Shown here: positions 1 through 9,090 of the stretch, piece by piece
How the letters are laid out: each line of letters starts with the position of its first letter
How positions within the stretch are numbered: position 1 is the stretch's first letter
Assembly: GCA_965140445.1 (NCBI GenBank)
Contig: OZ223236.1
Location: 448,001 to 512,000, forward strand
Direction of reading: 5' to 3'
DNA from: Candidatus Ozemobacteraceae bacterium
GTDB lineage: Bacteria > Muiribacteriota > Ozemobacteria > Ozemobacterales > Ozemobacteraceae
DNA length: 64,000 bases
Notes under the pieces: model-generated
Database searches by the model: none
What the model saw: only the letters and a program-made list of their open reading frames with translations
Told to the model about the DNA's origin: nothing
Program-made: the position numbers and the translations under genes

Positions 1-1047
1 GGAATACCTGGTCAAGTAAGTTTTAAATTCAAGAGAATTTCGTGCAGAGAAAGTCCAAAGAACTCTTGGGGAAAGCTGAACTGCATTTGCCGCAGTAAAA
101 GATGAATAGTCGGCTTCCATAAAAAGCCAGATATTCTTACCGGTTTGTCTTCCAAACTGTAGACTAAAAACATTGCCATTATCGGTTAAAGCATCGTCAT
201 TATTAAAATGCAGGAAGTCAAAACTAAGGGAGTTTTTTCTGTCAAAAAGTTTAGAAAACCCAAGCGAAAAGGAATTCTCATTGAAAGTGTCATCGCTTGT
301 CTCAGTAGATCCATAGATAAATCTAAGCTGAGTCCATTTATCAGGTGAATAAAGAACTGCAGCGTTTTTAACAATTTTATCCGGTAGCGAAGCCCCGTAA
401 TTTATTGGCGTGTAGAAAAAACCAACTTGCGCCTGACTTCCTCTTTCTGCCGTTTGAATGGCATTTTTTAAGATTGCGGATTCCTGCTCGGTTTTACTCC
501 CCGGCAATAAGTCCAAAAACATTTTTCTGGATTTAGAATATTTGCCTTGTTGAAACAGGCTCCAGCCACGAGTACTATTGAGAACCCTGTTCTGAGGATG
601 AAGTTGTGCAAGACGAATTTGTTCAGCATATCTACCGCACTCATAAAGAGCTTTAGAATAAGCATTTAAAACAGCCTCATTGGAAGGCAGCATCTTAAAA
701 AGATAATTACCATAGTTGCACGCTTCCTTATAGCGCTTTTCCGCGCTAAGGCAGTTCATTAACCCCAACGCAGAAGTTACATCTGTGGGGTCTGCTTTAA
801 TGGCGTTCAGATAGTTAAGTCTTCCAGCACCATAGTCACCCATAAGAAAGCATAGCCAACCAAGCCGCTGATAAAAAACTCCATCTGCAACATAGGTTCT
901 TCCTTGTTGCCAGACTTCATAAGATTCCATATATCTTCCGGCCTTTTCCAGCCTGAGAGATTCATCGAAATAAGTGTTTGCCAAAGACGCTACTGGTACA
1001 AGACCTACAAGGCTCACCAAAACAATTAAAATTAATATTTTTCTCAC
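1..1047 (-). CDS. Secreted TPR-repeat protein with probable C-terminal beta-barrel (runs off the left edge)
   Basis: Not in the ORF track because there is no stop in the window. Manual translation from GTG at 1047 (GAGGG RBS) is open to base 1: signal peptide MRKILILIVLVSLVGLVPVASLA, TPR-like helices (FYQRLGWLCFLMGDYGAGRLNYLNAIKADP), then alternating aromatic beta-strand pattern. Confidence 0.75.
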   Translation of the reverse strand, partial: MRKILILIVLVSLVGLVPVASLANTYFDESLRLEKAGRYMESYEVWQQGRTYVADGVFYQRLGWLCFLMGDYGAGRLNYLNAIKADPTDVTSALGLMNCLSAEKRYKEACNYGNYLFKMLPSNEAVLNAYSKALYECGRYAEQIRLAQLHPQNRVLNSTRGWSLFQQGKYSKSRKMFLDLLPGSKTEQESAILKNAIQTAERGSQAQVGFFYTPINYGASLPDKIVKNAAVLYSPDKWTQLRFIYGSTETSDDTFNENSFSLGFSKLFDRKNSLSFDFLHFNNDDALTDNGNVFSLQFGRQTGKNIWLFMEADYSSFTAANAVQLSPRVLWTFSARNSLEFKTYLTRYS

Positions 1048-1085
1048 CGAAATTTCCCTCAAACTTTTTTTTATTCTCATATTCA

Positions 1086-1114
1086 TTAAATCATATTTAA
1101 CCCCAAAAGTTGCG
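1086..1114 (-). promoter_or_regulatory. Putative ECF-sigma promoter CGCAAC-N17-ATTTAA
   Basis: Same hexamers, same spacing and nearly the same distance to the start codon as the site at 20589-20617 upstream of the ECF operon. Confidence 0.5.
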
Positions 1115-1226
1115 TCATTAAATGAAAATCGTTTTTAAGTTTTGCAAAGTTTTGTAAAGGTTGCTTTAAAACAGGTATTCAAGCCAGCGTAGAATTTTTG
1201 AAAAAAACAAATCTAAAAAGAAAAAG

Positions 1227-1300
1227 CACACCCGACAGGAGTCGAACCTGTGGCCTTCTGCTCCGGAGGCAGACGCTCTATCCAACTGAGCTACGGGTGC
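1227..1300 (-). tRNA. tRNA-Arg(CCG)
   Basis: GCACCCGTAGCTCAGTTGGATAGAGCG-TCTGC-CTCCGGA-GCAGA...GGTTCGACTCC; cloverleaf, CCA not encoded. Confidence 0.95.
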
Positions 1301-1383
1301 AATTTTGGGTAGATTAACATATGGGAGAATGGTTAGGCAATAGAAGAACGTAAGGAAACTGGGTAAACCAGGGTTTTGATTAT

Positions 1384-1983
1384 TTGACTTTACTCAGTAA
1401 GATAAGAGCATCAACTTTTGCGGAGATATGGAAAATGCCCGATTGGCTTGGAAAACTTTATGTGTATGGCATTTTAATTTTGGGCAGCTTATTTCTTGTT
1501 GAATGGCATTCAGGGCTAATTTCAGCTTATTTTATGGAAAATTCACATATTGCAGCCGAACGGCCGCAAGCGACTAATTTTAAGGATGCGGAAGAAGACC
1601 CTGAATCTATGGTTGCACGCTGGGAAGCGTTATCTCAAAGCAAGGATTATGAAAAATTAGTTGAAGAAACCAGGGGCCGGAATGACAAAATGGCAAGAGC
1701 ATACCGTGCCCTTGCGGTTTTAGAGTCAGGAAAATTTCCATCCCTGCTTCTGGAAACCATACAATTTTTGAATAAAATGGTGAAAGATCCACCATTACCA
1801 AACGACCTGACCCGCAGAATAATTCTTGCTCTCGGTGACCCGGAAGAACCGGGCCCCTCAGCAAAAGAAAACCTTGAAGCATATAAACAAATAATTGCAG
1901 AGCTTCGTATTGCCACGCAGGCTTCCAGCTTAAAAAAATTGGCTGAACTTGAGAAATTGGCTGAGGAAGAAGCAAACAGATAG
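1384..1983 (+). CDS. Hypothetical single-TM membrane protein
   Basis: 199-aa ORF with one hydrophobic segment (LYVYGILILGSLFLV) and a helical C-terminus. True start may be ATG 1435. Confidence 0.65.
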   Translation: MTLLSKIRASTFAEIWKMPDWLGKLYVYGILILGSLFLVEWHSGLISAYFMENSHIAAERPQATNFKDAEEDPESMVARWEALSQSKDYEKLVEETRGRNDKMARAYRALAVLESGKFPSLLLETIQFLNKMVKDPPLPNDLTRRIILALGDPEEPGPSAKENLEAYKQIIAELRIATQASSLKKLAELEKLAEEEANR

Positions 1984-2056
1984 GCTTGAATAGTTATATC
2001 TGGGATCCCCAATTCTTTAAAGAACTGGTCGAGGATGACTTTTTTGTAAGATCAAA

Positions 2057-2566
2057 TTATGGAGTCGGCATTCTAACAGCCATTGAATGATCAGCTCTAA
2101 AGGCAGTTCTGCGGTGCCAACTGGATTGGTATATGGGACTTTAGCCTTCATAAATTTTTGTGGTGAAGAAGTTGTGTATCCAGAGCAGGTCCATTACCAA
2201 CTAGCTTGAATGCCTGTAAAGAAATACAAGTTAGCATCGGAAATGGCTTTTGTTCCGTTTGTAACGTTCTGGATACCAATATTTGCCATGGTCCCGGTGA
2301 CTTCACTGCCATCAACCCAGGCTTCTCCAGCTACCGCATCGCCAGAAGAAGTATCAACAACTTCGGTTTTGCCACTGATGCCAAAAAAGGGTTTGCAAAA
2401 CCATTGTGCTGGCTGCCGGGGGTGCCGTCAATCAGACGCTGAAGACACTAATTCAATGGTAAACATTGAATTAGCGTCTAGCGCATCAGGTGGGTTAGTT
2501 TGGTTTTAAAATCTCTGGGTTCCCGCTTTTGCGTGACTGAGGGACGGATCTTTTTGATTTGTTCAT
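2057..2566 (-). pseudogene. Deleted and frameshifted third copy of the DUF1566/Lcl surface-protein gene
   Basis: Begins ATGAACAAATCAAAA after the same duplicated spacer. Retains fragments (GSQHNGFANP, FGISGKTEVVDTSSGDAVAG, AWVDGSEVTGTM, YFFTGIQASW*WT, MAVRMPTP*) separated by deletions and stops. Confidence 0.85.
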
Positions 2567-2669
2567 AATTTTTCCTGCTTAAATCTCTTGATTTGGCCCG
2601 AGGCTTCGACTAAGCTCAAGAGCCGTAATTTTCTGGATGCTGGATAGGTGTGTTGCATGACAGGAAAAA

Positions 2670-4049
2670 TTAGGGATGTCTTAGTCCCATAACAGCGATT
2701 GAAAAGGTTTTGCTGGCACAAGCCTGATAATCGCTTATCTGGTCTGTCAGGTTCCAGGTGTTGCAATCTGGAGTATATTGGCCGACCTGATCAACCGGGC
2801 CACAGCACCAGAATCTCACGTCCGCGTCTTCATAGGGTACCATAGCATAAGAATTTGTGGTGGGAACGTTAGTAAAAAAATAGGTTGATCCGATTCCAAT
2901 TGTTTCCACACCATTTAAGCAGATATCCTTAAATTCCTGTCTGCTGGGTAATCGCCATGTTCCAGGATTAACCGAAGGGCCAATCGTTAAGTTACTTGTG
3001 CTTACTGATCTTTGGTAGTATGTTCCCCGGCTAAAATAACCCCAGTTTTTTAACCAAAGTAATCCTGTTGTTGTATCTGTGACGGTGCCATCACCATTGT
3101 CGCACCAGCGTTTGAGAGGACTATAGGTTTTTGCTGGATCACAGTATCTTCCACCAGCCAGAAAACCAGTAATCTCCTTGCCGTCAACCCATGCTTTTTT
3201 GCCAAACTGAACTGTAGCTGTAGCTGCATCACCAGAAGAAGTATCGACGACATTGCTGTTGCCTTGAACACCAAAAATATTTGCACCTGCTCTGATGTTG
3301 CCTGAGATTAAATCAGGATCACCAGGAACTTTACCAGTGCCATCATGATAGCCCTTGGTTATGGTTATATTGGTGGTATATGGAGTTATATTTTGGCTGC
3401 CAACGTTGGTCATAGAACCTGAAATCTCTGAACCATCGACCCAGGCTTTTTTTCCAGACAGAATTTGGCCTGCTACTGCATCACCAGAGGTTGTGTCAAC
3501 GACTTCGGTTTTGCCATTGACGCCAAAAATGGTTACGCCGGCTTTTATATTGGCTGAAACAAGATCAGCATCAACGGCTGCAAGTGTCGTTGCCGCATAA
3601 TAACCCGCTGCCACGTTATTACTGGCAGCGTTCAGGGTTTGAGTAACCATGGTTCCGGTTTGTTTTCCCCATTTGCCTGAAGTCAGGCCCCAATAGGTCT
3701 TACCTGCCATAATATGCTCAGGATTTGCACCATTGGCATCATCTTTTGCCGGCAGTTTTTCCATTATCTGGTTAACACTATGCATTGTCGAACCGGGTCC
3801 GACCAAAGGGTTGGCAAAACCATTGTGCAGACTTCCGGGAGTGCCATCGATTAGACGCTGATAAACGTTTTCAATGGTAAACATTGAGTTAGCATCCGGT
3901 GCGCTTGGTGGGTTAATATCGCCAGCAAATGCTGACAAACTTATTGAAAGACAAATTCCCAGAGTAATAAAAAATCTGAGGTTTGGTTTTAAAAATTCTG
4001 GATTCCCGCTTTTGTGGGAATAACGGACGAAGCTTTTAGATTTGTTCAT
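2670..4049 (-). CDS. Secreted protein with tail-fibre-like repeats and C-terminal DUF1566/Lcl (C-type lectin fold) domain, copy A
   Basis: Signal peptide (FFITLGICLSISLSAFA); repeats SGDA.A..I..GKKAWVDG.EI.G and D.DL.S.NI.AG..IFGV.G; DUF1566 motifs DNGDGTVTDTTTGLLW and WRLPSRQE. Confidence 0.85.
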   Translation of the reverse strand: MNKSKSFVRYSHKSGNPEFLKPNLRFFITLGICLSISLSAFAGDINPPSAPDANSMFTIENVYQRLIDGTPGSLHNGFANPLVGPGSTMHSVNQIMEKLPAKDDANGANPEHIMAGKTYWGLTSGKWGKQTGTMVTQTLNAASNNVAAGYYAATTLAAVDADLVSANIKAGVTIFGVNGKTEVVDTTSGDAVAGQILSGKKAWVDGSEISGSMTNVGSQNITPYTTNITITKGYHDGTGKVPGDPDLISGNIRAGANIFGVQGNSNVVDTSSGDAATATVQFGKKAWVDGKEITGFLAGGRYCDPAKTYSPLKRWCDNGDGTVTDTTTGLLWLKNWGYFSRGTYYQRSVSTSNLTIGPSVNPGTWRLPSRQEFKDICLNGVETIGIGSTYFFTNVPTTNSYAMVPYEDADVRFWCCGPVDQVGQYTPDCNTWNLTDQISDYQACASKTFSIAVMGLRHP

Positions 4050-4152
4050 AATTTTTCCTGCTTAAATCTCTTGATTTGGCCCGAGGCTTCGACTAAGCTC
4101 AAGAGCCGTAATTTTCTGGATGCTGGATAGGTGTGTTGCATGACAGGAAAAA

Positions 4153-5532
4153 TTAGGGATGTCTTAGTCCCATAACAGCGATTGAAAAGGTTTTGCTGGC
4201 ACAAGCCTGATAATCGCTTATCTGGTCTGTCAGGTTCCAGGTGTTGCAATCTGGAGGACATTCGCTGACCTGATCAACCGGGCCACAGCACCAGAATCTC
4301 ACGTCCGCGTCTTCATAGGGTATATCAGCATAATAATTTGTGGTGGGAACGTTAGTAAAAAAATAGGTTGATCCGATTCCAATTGTTTCCACACCATTTA
4401 AGCAGATATCCTTAAATTCCTGTCTGCTGGGTAATCGCCATGTTCCAGGATTAACCGAAGGGCCAATCGTTAAGTTACTTGTGCTTACTGATCTTTGGAA
4501 GTATGTTCCCCGGCTAAAATAACCCCAGTTTTTTAACCAAAGTAATCCTGTTGTTGTATCTGTGACGGTCCCATCACCATTGTCGCACCAGCGTTTGAGA
4601 GGACTATAGGTTTTTGCTGGGTCACAGTATCTTCCACCAGCCAGAAAACCAGTAATCTCCTTGCCGTCAACCCATGCTTTTTTGCCAAACTGAACCGTAG
4701 CTGTAGCTGCATCACCAGAAGATGTATTGACGACATTGCTGTTGCCTGAAACACCAAAAATATTTACACCAGCTCTGATGTTGCCTGAGATTAAATCAGC
4801 ATCGCCGGTAACCATCCCAGTGCCGTTGTGATAGCCCTGGGATATGCTGACATTGGTGGTTGATGGGGTTACGTTTTGAGCGCCAACGCTTGTCATTGTG
4901 CCGGTTATTTCTGAACCATCGACCCAGACTTTTTTACCACTGAGAACTTCATTGGCAACCGCATCACCAGAAGTAGTATCAGCAACCTCGGTTTTGCCAC
5001 TGACGCCAAAAATGGTTACGCCGGCTTTTATATTGGCTGAAACAAGATCAGCATCAACGGCTGCAAGTGTCGTTGCCGCATAATAACCCGCTGCCACGTT
5101 ATTACTGGCAGCGTTCAGGGTTTGAGTAACCATGGTTCCGGTTTGTTTTCCCCATTTGCCTGAAGTCAGGCCCCAATAGGTCTTACCTGCCATAATATGC
5201 TCAGGATTTGCACCATTGGCATCATCTTTTGCCGGCAGTTTTTCCATTATCTGGTTAACACTATGCATTGTCGAACCGGGTCCGACCAAAGGGTTGGCAA
5301 AACCATTGTGCTGACTTCCGGGAGTGCCATCGATTAGACGCTGATAAACGTTTTCAATGGTAAACATTGAGTTAGCATCCGGTGCGCTTGGTGGGTTAAT
5401 ATCGCCAGCAAATGCTGACAAACTTATTGAAAGACAAATTCCCAGAGTAATAAAAAATCTGAGGTTTGGTTTTAAAAATTCTGGATTCCCGTTTTTGTGG
5501 TAATGACGGACGAAGCTTTTAGATTTATTCAT
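4153..5532 (-). CDS. Secreted protein with tail-fibre-like repeats and C-terminal DUF1566/Lcl domain, copy B
   Basis: Same length (459 aa) and architecture as copy A; AAGGA RBS upstream. Confidence 0.85.
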   Translation of the reverse strand: MNKSKSFVRHYHKNGNPEFLKPNLRFFITLGICLSISLSAFAGDINPPSAPDANSMFTIENVYQRLIDGTPGSQHNGFANPLVGPGSTMHSVNQIMEKLPAKDDANGANPEHIMAGKTYWGLTSGKWGKQTGTMVTQTLNAASNNVAAGYYAATTLAAVDADLVSANIKAGVTIFGVSGKTEVADTTSGDAVANEVLSGKKVWVDGSEITGTMTSVGAQNVTPSTTNVSISQGYHNGTGMVTGDADLISGNIRAGVNIFGVSGNSNVVNTSSGDAATATVQFGKKAWVDGKEITGFLAGGRYCDPAKTYSPLKRWCDNGDGTVTDTTTGLLWLKNWGYFSRGTYFQRSVSTSNLTIGPSVNPGTWRLPSRQEFKDICLNGVETIGIGSTYFFTNVPTTNYYADIPYEDADVRFWCCGPVDQVSECPPDCNTWNLTDQISDYQACASKTFSIAVMGLRHP

Positions 5533-5595
5533 AATTTTTATCCTTTCTTTAGAAGCGGTTCTTATCTATTGGCAAAATCTTTCAGTATCCGAACT

Positions 5596-5650
5596 CTGAG
5601 CTTGTCAAAGGGGCGATCGTTTCTCGTCATTTCGACAAGTTCAATGACCG
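5596..5650. repeat. REP-like palindrome (CTGAGCTTGTC...TTCGACAAGTTCAATGAC)
   Basis: Imperfect inverted pair TGAGCTTGTCAAA / TTCGACAAGTTCA. A related TTCGACTAAGCTCA occurs in both duplicated spacers (about 2605 and 4088). Confidence 0.6.
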
Positions 5651-5652
5651 CC

Positions 5653-8600
5653 TTATAAATCAAACTGAACTTTGTAATTAGAGCCGCTAAGACTAATCCA
5701 ACCGAGGTTTTCGCTCCAAGCGTAACCACTTATCTCACCATTTTCGAGGTTTATGGCTATTTCTGAATGGGAAGTGCCGAACTTAATCCAACCGGCGTTT
5801 TCGCTCCAGGCGTAGCCGGAAAGCTTCCCATCAGCAGCGACATTCACCCCCCAGTTCGTAGCACTGGTATTGGCATAAGGAACAACAGAAGAATCGTGGG
5901 CAAATTTGATCCAGCCAACGTTTTCGCTCCAGGCAAAGCCGGTTAAATAACCATTTTCACCAAGCTTAGCTGAAACTTTTCCGCTTGTATTTGAGAATGA
6001 AATCCATCCAGCATTTTCGCTCCAGGCATATTTGTTAGAGCTATTAACTTCTGCTGAAATTGCAGCGAAACTGGCAGTAAGTATTTTATCAGAAGTAATA
6101 TTGGTGTCGGTTCTGGAAGCTTCTGTTTTTCCGTCACTCCAGCTAATAAATTTGTATCCTGATGCCGGAGTTGCGGTTACTGCTGTTCCATCAGAATCAT
6201 AAGAAATTACCTGTGAAGAAGAACCTGTAATAGAACCATTACTTCCAGCCTGATAAACAAGATTAAACTTGTTTATTTCCCAGATTGAGAAAACGGTTTG
6301 AGTTGCAATAACTGCTGTTGAAGCTTCAAAGGCCGTGCCAGTTCCATCGGATTTGGAGTTCCAGCTCTTGAAAGAATAGCCAGTTCGGGTTGGTGCTGTT
6401 GGTAAGGTTCCAACATTTTCTCCGTAGACTACAAGTCGGGCAGTCGGACTCGCCTCTGTTGTTCCACCATTTTTATCAAAGCTGACAGTGCACTTCATTT
6501 GAGCCCATTTAGCAAATAGCTCAACATTCGCCGCAGGCATTTTAAAAGTTGCGTCAGCAGCATAATCAGTACCGCTAGCATCGTCTTTAGTGTTCCAGCC
6601 AATGAAGGCAAAACCGGTTTTAACCAGATTGCCCGAGTTCTGCTTAGCAGTTACATCAGCATTCTCAAGATAATTATTCGTATCAGCAGGAACATCGCCA
6701 CCAGTATTTCCGTTACCGTTATATGTCACTTTATAAGTGGCCTGAGCACTCCATTTAGCAAAGAGTTCAACATTAGCGGCAGGCATTTTAAAGATTGCAT
6801 CAGCGGCATAATCAGTGCCACTACCGTCAGATTTAGTGTTCCAGCCAGCGAAAGTGAAGCCGGTTTTAACCAGATTGCCCGAGTTCTGCTTAGCAGTTAC
6901 ATCAGCATTCTCAAGATAATTATTCGTATCAGCAGGAACATCGCCACCAGTATTTCCGTTACCGTTATATGTCACTTTATAAGTTGCCTGAGTACTCCAT
7001 TTAGCAAAGAGTTCAACATTAGCGGCAGGCATTTTAAAGGTTGCATCAGCCGCATAATCAGTGCCACTGCCGTCAGATTTAGTGTTCCAGCCAACAAAAG
7101 AGAAACCGGTTTTAACCAGATTACCTGAGTTTTGCTTAGCAGTTACATCAGCATTCTCAAGGTAATTATTCGTATCAGCAGGAACATCGCCACCAGTATT
7201 TCCGTTACCGCTATATGTAACTTTATAAGTTGCCTGAGCACTCCATTTAGCAAAGAGTTCAACATTAGCGGCAGGCATTTTAAAGGTTGCATCAGCGACA
7301 TAATCAGTACCACTGCCGTCAGATTTAGTGTTCCAGCCAACGAAAGAGAAACCGGTTTTAACCAGATTACCTGAGTTTTGCTTAGCAGTTACATCAGTAT
7401 TCTCAAGGTAGTTATTCGTATCAGCAGGCACTTCTCCGCCAGTATTTCCGTTACCGTTATATGTCACTTTATAAGTTGCCTGAGCACTCCATTTAGCAAA
7501 GAGTTCAACATTAGCGGCAGGCATTTTAAAGGTTGCATCAGCGGCATAATCAGTACCACTGCCGTCAGATTTAGTGTTCCAGCCAACGAAAGAGAAACCG
7601 GTTTTAACCAGATTACCTGAGTTTTGCTTAGCAGTTACATCAGTATTCTCAAGGTAGTTATTCGTATCAGCAGGCACTTCTCCGCCAGTATTTCCGTTAC
7701 CGTTATATGTAACTTTATAAGTTGCCTGAGCACTCCATTTAGCAAAGAGTTCAACATTAGCGGCAGGCATTTTAAAGGTTGCATCAGCGGCATAATCAGT
7801 ACCACTGCCGTCAGATTTAGTGTTCCAGCCAACGAAAGAGAAACCGGTTTTTTCAAGGCTATTTTCCTTAACTGTTACAGTGGCACCTTCGAGATAGACT
7901 GCGTTATCAACAGGAACTTCTCCGCCAGTATTGTCATTTCCGAAATAGGTAACAGAATATTTTGGCGTTCCTTTGATAAGAATAGGCAAAGCTGCATTAA
8001 CAGTTTTCCCCTCATTAGTAACTGAAACAGTAATTGTTGCTAAACCTGCATTTTCAGGAGCAGTCCAGACCCTTTCAATTTGAGTTGAACTTACATTTAT
8101 ATTCTGTCCCAGGCTGCCTTTGGAAGCAACCCACTCTATTTTTTCAGGATTCTCAGGAAAGAAAATAGCTCTTACTGTGCTGTTAGTGTTTGGCAAAACT
8201 CCATCTTCATTAGGTTTGACACTAACGTTGATCAGTGAAACCCTTGGCAAGAGTTCAACCCTGTCAGGAGTTGCAGGAACAAAAAATTCAACCTTCTGAG
8301 TCTGGCCGCCACTTCCAAAAGTAACCGGAAGTCTAACCTGTGATGGCAGGCCAAAATTAACTATGATTTCATTTATTGCATCTTCGATATTCTGAAAATC
8401 AGGTAATGGAGGGGTCTCAAAGCTTCCATCTTCCTGAACAGTAAATTCTTCGCCCCAAAGATATAATTTTGTTCCGGGAGGCAAATCAGAACCATCTTCG
8501 TTTTTTAAAGTTCCTTTAACTTTATTTTTAGCCTCAACCGCAACAAGGTCGCAGTTTTTATTTTCATTAGGATTAATTGTAGTGCTTATAGATCTGACTT

Positions 8601-8916
8601 TGAAAACAGTTGTCCCTTGTGAAAACCTCACAACAACTTTAAAAACACCTGCAGGAATACCAGATATAAGATATCTGCCAGCTGCATCAGTAAATGCAAA
8701 TAAATCCGGTCGCTGTTCAAGCCATACTTTTGCATGGGCTGCGGGAAGACCATTAGCACGCACAGATGGATTAGCCGATTGAGAAATCGTCCCGCTTATT
8801 GAAGAATTTCTACTAACAATAAAATTAGACTCATTATCGGATAATCCATTGCGACAACCAGCAAATGATAGGACCAGACAAAAAACTAATGCAAATACAA
8901 AGATACGAAGATGCAC
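5653..8916 (-). CDS. Surface lipoprotein with InlB B-type (Listeria-Bacteroides) repeats and C-terminal YAWSEN.GW repeats
   Basis: Lipobox SFAGC; carboxypeptidase-regulatory-like N-domain; six 82-aa repeats (Y.GN..TGG.VP...KTGF.F.GWNT..DGSG...LFAKW) plus two divergent ones; four (Y/F)AWSEN.GWI repeats. Confidence 0.9.
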   Translation of the reverse strand: MHLRIFVFALVFCLVLSFAGCRNGLSDNESNFIVSRNSSISGTISQSANPSVRANGLPAAHAKVWLEQRPDLFAFTDAAGRYLISGIPAGVFKVVVRFSQGTTVFKVRSISTTINPNENKNCDLVAVEAKNKVKGTLKNEDGSDLPPGTKLYLWGEEFTVQEDGSFETPPLPDFQNIEDAINEIIVNFGLPSQVRLPVTFGSGGQTQKVEFFVPATPDRVELLPRVSLINVSVKPNEDGVLPNTNSTVRAIFFPENPEKIEWVASKGSLGQNINVSSTQIERVWTAPENAGLATITVSVTNEGKTVNAALPILIKGTPKYSVTYFGNDNTGGEVPVDNAVYLEGATVTVKENSLEKTGFSFVGWNTKSDGSGTDYAADATFKMPAANVELFAKWSAQATYKVTYNGNGNTGGEVPADTNNYLENTDVTAKQNSGNLVKTGFSFVGWNTKSDGSGTDYAADATFKMPAANVELFAKWSAQATYKVTYNGNGNTGGEVPADTNNYLENTDVTAKQNSGNLVKTGFSFVGWNTKSDGSGTDYVADATFKMPAANVELFAKWSAQATYKVTYSGNGNTGGDVPADTNNYLENADVTAKQNSGNLVKTGFSFVGWNTKSDGSGTDYAADATFKMPAANVELFAKWSTQATYKVTYNGNGNTGGDVPADTNNYLENADVTAKQNSGNLVKTGFTFAGWNTKSDGSGTDYAADAIFKMPAANVELFAKWSAQATYKVTYNGNGNTGGDVPADTNNYLENADVTAKQNSGNLVKTGFAFIGWNTKDDASGTDYAADATFKMPAANVELFAKWAQMKCTVSFDKNGGTTEASPTARLVVYGENVGTLPTAPTRTGYSFKSWNSKSDGTGTAFEASTAVIATQTVFSIWEINKFNLVYQAGSNGSITGSSSQVISYDSDGTAVTATPASGYKFISWSDGKTEASRTDTNITSDKILTASFAAISAEVNSSNKYAWSENAGWISFSNTSGKVSAKLGENGYLTGFAWSENVGWIKFAHDSSVVPYANTSATNWGVNVAADGKLSGYAWSENAGWIKFGTSHSEIAINLENGEISGYAWSENLGWISLSGSNYKVQFDL
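6504..7963 (-). repeat. Intragenic tandem repeat, 246-bp unit, about 6 copies
   Basis: The marker CTCCATTTAGCAAAGAG recurs at 246-bp intervals from about 6750 to 7735. Confidence 0.95.
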
Positions 8917-9090
8917 TTAACCCTCTCTCCTTAGAAAAATATCGTATGGTATGATAGTGTATCATTAAAAAAAAAAATTTGTATATTACACAGTTGGGGA
9001 GTTTTTAGAAAATACATTAATAATAGCTTATTTTCCTTTAAGAAACTGTTTCAACAAAACTCGGTTTGCTCATTTGTCTGTTTCTAATTA

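Larger units (their letters stand above)
2567..5532. repeat. Tandem duplication, 1483-bp unit (gene plus spacer)
   Basis: 2670-4049 matches 4153-5532 and spacer 2567-2669 matches 4050-4152 at offset 1483. Confidence 0.95.

Noticed and set aside
1227..1300. Integrated element at tRNA-Arg(CCG)
   Set aside because: No integrase and no duplicated tRNA 3' end seen in the window.
2563..2766. Duplicated short ORFs (2563-2766, 4046-4261) and plus-strand ORFs at 2206-2509
   Set aside because: Alternative-frame or antisense shadows of the duplicated gene ends and the pseudogene.
2057..5532. Complete diversity-generating retroelement
   Set aside because: No reverse transcriptase, avd or template repeat in the window, and the remnant's 3' end is too divergent to be a template. 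Kept only as a DGR-like signal.
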